From positions 62,001-126,000 of the forward strand of contig JBBPEB010000012.1 of assembly GCA_039096225.1 (NCBI GenBank): a DNA stretch of 64,000 nucleotides. The letters run 5' to 3'. Made by a program: the position numbers and the translations under genes. Of this stretch, positions 59,268 to 64,000 are shown piece by piece; positions within the stretch are counted from its first letter, which is position 1, and each line of letters begins with the position of its first letter. The stretch comes from Blastocystis sp. Blastoise (Eukaryota > Protista > Bigyra: Opalinata). Below the pieces are notes generated by a model, which was not told the DNA's origin, did not search any database, and worked only from the letters and a program-made list of their open reading frames with translations.

Positions 59268-60805
59268 ACTAAGTGATGTCTCCTCTCTGAACTAGGCTAA
59301 ATAAACGATTTTTCTATGAGATAACTGCTAGATTCTTTCTTTGATTTTCTTATTATTTAATAATTGAATCATTGAACCATTTCTCTCTCTTGTTTATATA
59401 TGTTAATTCGCTATTTGCTATTTTAATTGAATTGTTTTGTTGAACGTTGATTTACAAATAACACATTTTAAAGAATTTCCTTATGAATGAATTCTAGTAT
59501 ATATGCTATTGTATTTTATATAATTGAAAACATCATGGAACCAATAAATCATTTATTGGAAACAGAAAGACGCTTTCATTTTAAACAAAATAAAATTGAT
59601 TGTGTTATCAACATAGCAGTATGGCATAGTTAATCGATATTTAGTGAATCATATAATATAGGGTGTATCTTAGTTTCAAGAAACATATAGGATACTATAA
59701 AAATTATGATTCGCATAACATTCCACAAATCTATATTAAATCCGGTTTCGTCTACATCATCAACTTTTAATTTAGCCAATCTAAGTTTATCATAAAGATA
59801 TTTCGAGTTTTCTTCTCATAATAAAAAAGAAGATATCTTTCTTGTGGGTACTGGCCACAAAACATACATGAATCATTGTTCCACTTTACATATGAAGAAA
59901 TACAAACCAGCCATATCAAAAGTTTCCAATATGTCACAATTTTTCTAGTGCTCTTAATGTGTCCGGTAGCTTATGTTGATTTATTGGTTAATATGCAATA
60001 CCATCTATATAGGATCATTCTAATCATTTCATTCTTGATCGAATCTTGTAGGTTTTCAGTGGATTCCATTGTTATATCTTGGATATAATTCCGTTTCATA
60101 AATATTGTAACAAAAGACAAACTAGAAAGCTTATCCTGTTCTTTGTGCATCATTTAGGTGAGGGTAAATGGGTTGTATCAAAGGAAACAAAAGGTTAGAC
60201 TGAGTTTCTCATCTACATACTGAATGAATCTAAAAGAATTCCTTTTTGATTCTATTATTATTAACCATACATTTTTAGCATGAGTTTCATTGGATGAACG
60301 AGATTTCGTTATTTCTATAACAAATAATATCTTGTTGAACGAATAAGAAGCCAATAAATTCTGTTTTATGAATGAAGACAGTTAGAGATAGGACTAATGA
60401 TTCAATGACGAAGTCAAACCTTAGTCCAACGATTGAAATGAGATTTAACAATAGAAAAGTAAAATGAAAAATTAAGGGAGATCTGTGCTTATAATCACGA
60501 GTATTTAGAAATATGGAATAGATCGTTCATGCTCTCTGAATCTCAATCGTGTTCTATTTGTTTCCTTGTAGCATTCACAAGGTTTCAGATCAAAGAAATA
60601 TATTTAAATACATATAAATACTTATTTTTGTTTTTGCTATAATAGGATTTTTTGTAGTATATTTCTCTCTTCTCCTATATATATATATAATTTTGCCTTT
60701 GAAAATTATTATAATAATAATAAAAAAAAAGAAAATCATCATTTTAATTCCCTTTTATTTTTCTATAGTTATACATAAAAAGTAAATAATAAAGCCAAAA
60801 AGAAA

Positions 60806-63800
60806 ATGTTACAAAATAAGAGATCTTTGATATTTCTGTATTTTATATTACTGTGTGTAACTGCTTGTGTTGATATAAATGGAGAATGGCCCGAAGTGAA
60901 TAGTGGTGAGATGTCTACAATAGGTTGTGATATATCATCAAGTGGTATACGAAGACGTTTATGTTTAGAAAGTGGTGACTGGGGCGAAATTGAAGATTTA
61001 TGTATAGAAAATTCAAATATTGAGATAATAAGTCCATTTTATTCTCAAGATAATATGAGAGGTGGTTTAAATCCAACAAATACAACTTTTCGATTTACTA
61101 CTTCTTCTTCTTTTACAATAAGTAGTTGGTTTCGTGTTCGTATAGATAATAGTTCAACAAGAACAACTTTATTTTCTTTTTCTAATGGTTATACTTATTC
61201 AAATGGTAAATTTCGATTATTAGAAATATGGCAAAGTGGTCGTCTTCATTTAGATGCTTGGGGAACAGGTGTTGATGTTGATGGTTCTACTATAAATGGT
61301 TGTAATAATCTTGGTGATAATATTTGGAGATTTTTAGTACTTCGTTATGATTCTTCTTTAAATACTTTAGAAATAAAAATAAATGGAAATACTTGTATTT
61401 CTACAAGTAATAGTATACAAAATTTATCTACAATAGATGATTCTTATTTTATGTCCTTAGGTTCTATAGAATCCAATTTTGCAAATCCTTATCATATTCA
61501 TTCTATTCTTGCTTTCTCTTCTTTTACTTATTATCGTAATAATGCTTTATCTAATGATGTTTTAGAAGTTCTTAAAGGAAATCAACCTGAAGATATAGGT
61601 ATAGGTATTCGTCGAGTATATTATAATAATGATAAGAATTCTATTCATGTTGATATTATTCCTCAATCTATTCCTAATGATGAAACAAATGTAATTATTA
61701 GTTGTATAGCTATAGCTATTGATAATACTATAAATATAAATATTCCTTCTATTGATGATATTCTATTATCTTCAAATTCAATTGATGAATTTACTATTGG
61801 ATCTATTTCTACTATTCTTATTCCTATTATAGATAATACAAAAGATTATCATATTTATTGTGCTGGTAAAGGTGATTCTTATAAAACTTCTCCTTTATCT
61901 TTAGAACAAAATAGTATTATTCTTCATCATAATTATGAATCTATTTCAGAATCTTTAACTAAAATAAAAACAAATCAAGTTAATATTAATAATTCTTTAT
62001 TTTGGATTCCTTTTGAAGATTCTCTTGAAGATTATTCTATTTCATTTTATATTAATACAATTCAAACATCTTCTTTCTTCTTTGGATTTCGTTCTGCTTT
62101 ATATTTTAATAATGAAGGTACAAAAGATATTATTATTGAAAATGGTAAAATTGGTTTAAAACTATATACTAGTTCTTCTACTAGTCAATCTTTTATGTCT
62201 ATACAATCAATTAATGATGATATATGGCATCATATATTATTTTGTTATTCTTCTTCTACAAATACATATACATTATATATTGATAATAATTTAGATTCTT
62301 CATTTATAAATAATGATTCTTCTTCTTATTTAATTGCTCCTTATTTTGGATTTTATTTTATTAATGGATATACTCAATTTATAGGTAGTCATAAAGAAAT
62401 ACGTTTCTATCATTCTATTCTTAATGAATCAGAACGTTTATCATTATATAATAATATTCCAAAAGAAATTAATATTCAAAGTAGTTATATATCTACTGAA
62501 AATTCTGTATCAATTACTTTCTCTATTCAAAAATTATTAACTAATGAATTAATTCCTATTTATATATATATTCAAGAATCAATTCTTCCTATACCTTCTT
62601 CTTCTATTATTATTAATGAAGGTCAATTTCTTTCTGTATCTAGTCTTGAAGAAAATAATATTATTTTTAATAATCTTAATAATGATACTATTTATTTTGT
62701 TTATTTCTTTATTAATATGATTGATTATTATGTTATGACTGAAGAAGAAATTATAGAATATAAATTATCTTTAACTACTTTATCTACTTCTCAATGTCAA
62801 CAATTTATATCTACTCAAAATTGTTCTCCATCTAATCTTATTGATACTACTAATGTTTATACTTGTTCTTCTATGATTCCTTCTACTATATCTGGTTATT
62901 GTATTTGTAAAGATGGTAGAAAGATGAATGCAGTTACTTGTAATCATAATGAATTTAATTGTAATAATATATGTGAATCTGAAGAATCTTTTACTATTAT
63001 TAATAAATGGATTATGAGACATCATACTTCTTTTTCTTCTTATATTAGTGTTAATGATATTGTACCTATTCTTCCAAGACAAGTATATTTCTATGATTCT
63101 ATTAATCAAGCATATTCTTCTGGATCAGCACCTACTAATGTTGATACTGCTGAAAATTCTATTTTTACATTTCATTCTATGATTTATGCAGATACTACAG
63201 GTAGTTATAGTTTCCAATATAAAGTAGATGATCAAGTATATTTCTTAATTGATTCTTTAAATATAAATAATGCTGTAATTAATCAAAATACATATCTTGG
63301 TAGTTGGACATCTGTTAGTCCTAAAACACTTACAAAAGGTTGGCATAATGCTTATATTATAAATTATAATGGTGGTGGTGCTGGTGGTATTGAAATTCAA
63401 ATGAAAGGACCTAATGATAGTAGTTTCAAAGAAATAACAGGTCAATATCGTATGAGTACTCATGGTATTTTAGCTCAATATAAAACAGAAACATCTACTG
63501 GTTGTACTGTTAATTATTATGCTAATACTATGAATACATTCTTTACAAGTGAATTAATGATGGATTTATCTAATGAAAATGGTAATACATTTGGTACTTC
63601 TGGAAATAGTTTAACTGATAATTTCTTTGCTTCTTATACTTTTATTTTATATCCTACAAATACAAATACTTATACTATTAGTATAGAAGCTATTGATGGT
63701 ATTAAAATAAATGTTGATGGTGTAACTAAACTTACAAATAATGTTTGTGGTGAATATACTGGATCTTTTGATTTAAATCTTATAGCTAATACACCTGTTA

Positions 63801-64000
63801 TGTTTTTTATACAATATAGAACAAATGGTATTTCTCATAAATTAAAATTATATTGGAAATCTTCAGATATGAATGAAAAAGTCTTAATTCCTTCTTCTAA
63901 TATGTATAGAGAAGATTATAGTCGTTGTTTCCAAAGTGAAATAGATTCATTAACTTTACCTTATACTTATTTAAATAATAAATATGAAATCGATTGTCCT
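60806..64000 (+). CDS. Secreted/surface protein (signal peptide, Cys-Trp HRM-like module, 2x LamG, 2x PA14); intronless within the window and truncated at the window end
   Basis: The frame appears open for 1065 codons and is absent from the track because it has no stop. WPEVNSGEMSTIGC..GIRRRLCLESGDW; FTISSWFR..DNIWRFLVLRYD..IKING; INDDIWHHILFCY..LYID; GSYSFQYKVDDQVYFLID..LTKGWH; DNFFASY..LKLYWKS. Confidence 0.85.
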   Translation, partial: MLQNKRSLIFLYFILLCVTACVDINGEWPEVNSGEMSTIGCDISSSGIRRRLCLESGDWGEIEDLCIENSNIEIISPFYSQDNMRGGLNPTNTTFRFTTSSSFTISSWFRVRIDNSSTRTTLFSFSNGYTYSNGKFRLLEIWQSGRLHLDAWGTGVDVDGSTINGCNNLGDNIWRFLVLRYDSSLNTLEIKINGNTCISTSNSIQNLSTIDDSYFMSLGSIESNFANPYHIHSILAFSSFTYYRNNALSNDVLEVLKGNQPEDIGIGIRRVYYNNDKNSIHVDIIPQSIPNDETNVIISCIAIAIDNTININIPSIDDILLSSNSIDEFTIGSISTILIPIIDNTKDYHIYCAGKGDSYKTSPLSLEQNSIILHHNYESISESLTKIKTNQVNINNSLFWIPFEDSLEDYSISFYINTIQTSSFFFGFRSALYFNNEGTKDIIIENGKIGLKLYTSSSTSQSFMSIQSINDDIWHHILFCYSSSTNTYTLYIDNNLDSSFINNDSSSYLIAPYFGFYFINGYTQFIGSHKEIRFYHSILNESERLSLYNNIPKEINIQSSYISTENSVSITFSIQKLLTNELIPIYIYIQESILPIPSSSIIINEGQFLSVSSLEENNIIFNNLNNDTIYFVYFFINMIDYYVMTEEEIIEYKLSLTTLSTSQCQQFISTQNCSPSNLIDTTNVYTCSSMIPSTISGYCICKDGRKMNAVTCNHNEFNCNNICESEESFTIINKWIMRHHTSFSSYISVNDIVPILPRQVYFYDSINQAYSSGSAPTNVDTAENSIFTFHSMIYADTTGSYSFQYKVDDQVYFLIDSLNINNAVINQNTYLGSWTSVSPKTLTKGWHNAYIINYNGGGAGGIEIQMKGPNDSSFKEITGQYRMSTHGILAQYKTETSTGCTVNYYANTMNTFFTSELMMDLSNENGNTFGTSGNSLTDNFFASYTFILYPTNTNTYTISIEAIDGIKINVDGVTKLTNNVCGEYTGSFDLNLIANTPVMFFIQYRTNGISHKLKLYWKSSDMNEKVLIPSSNMYREDYSRCFQSEIDSLTLPYTYLNNKYEIDCP

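Overview
This is a very AT-rich (about 80% AT by eye), intron-dense eukaryotic window using the standard genetic code. It is probably a gut protist; the gene content resembles Blastocystis/Opalinata, but that is inference only. By splicing exons by hand I can support 17 protein genes: a bacterial-type YqhD/Bdh iron alcohol dehydrogenase, a TAZ-like zinc protein, HSP20, an unknown multi-exon gene, NIP7, THG1, a Rac GTPase, PITP, VPS39, syntaxin-5, LSM12, a large MORN/tandem-repeat protein, FHIT, PheRS-alpha, an Asn-rich C2H2 protein, an IBTK-like Ank-RCC1 protein, and a truncated LamG/PA14 surface protein. There is also a 33-aa ORF with strong codon bias. Most short ORFs in the supplied track are microsatellite artefacts. 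Three signals stand out. (1) At least 10 introns whose positions are constrained by protein homology lack GT and/or AG, and the deviant bases usually copy the opposite exon. This is either non-canonical splicing or DNA excision, or (more likely) an RNA-read polishing artefact. (2) Many introns are capped by self-complementary (AT)n at both ends. (3) The GC-rich 8-mer TTCCCGCG recurs inside exons far above chance. I found no rRNA, tRNA, CRISPR array or intact transposon.
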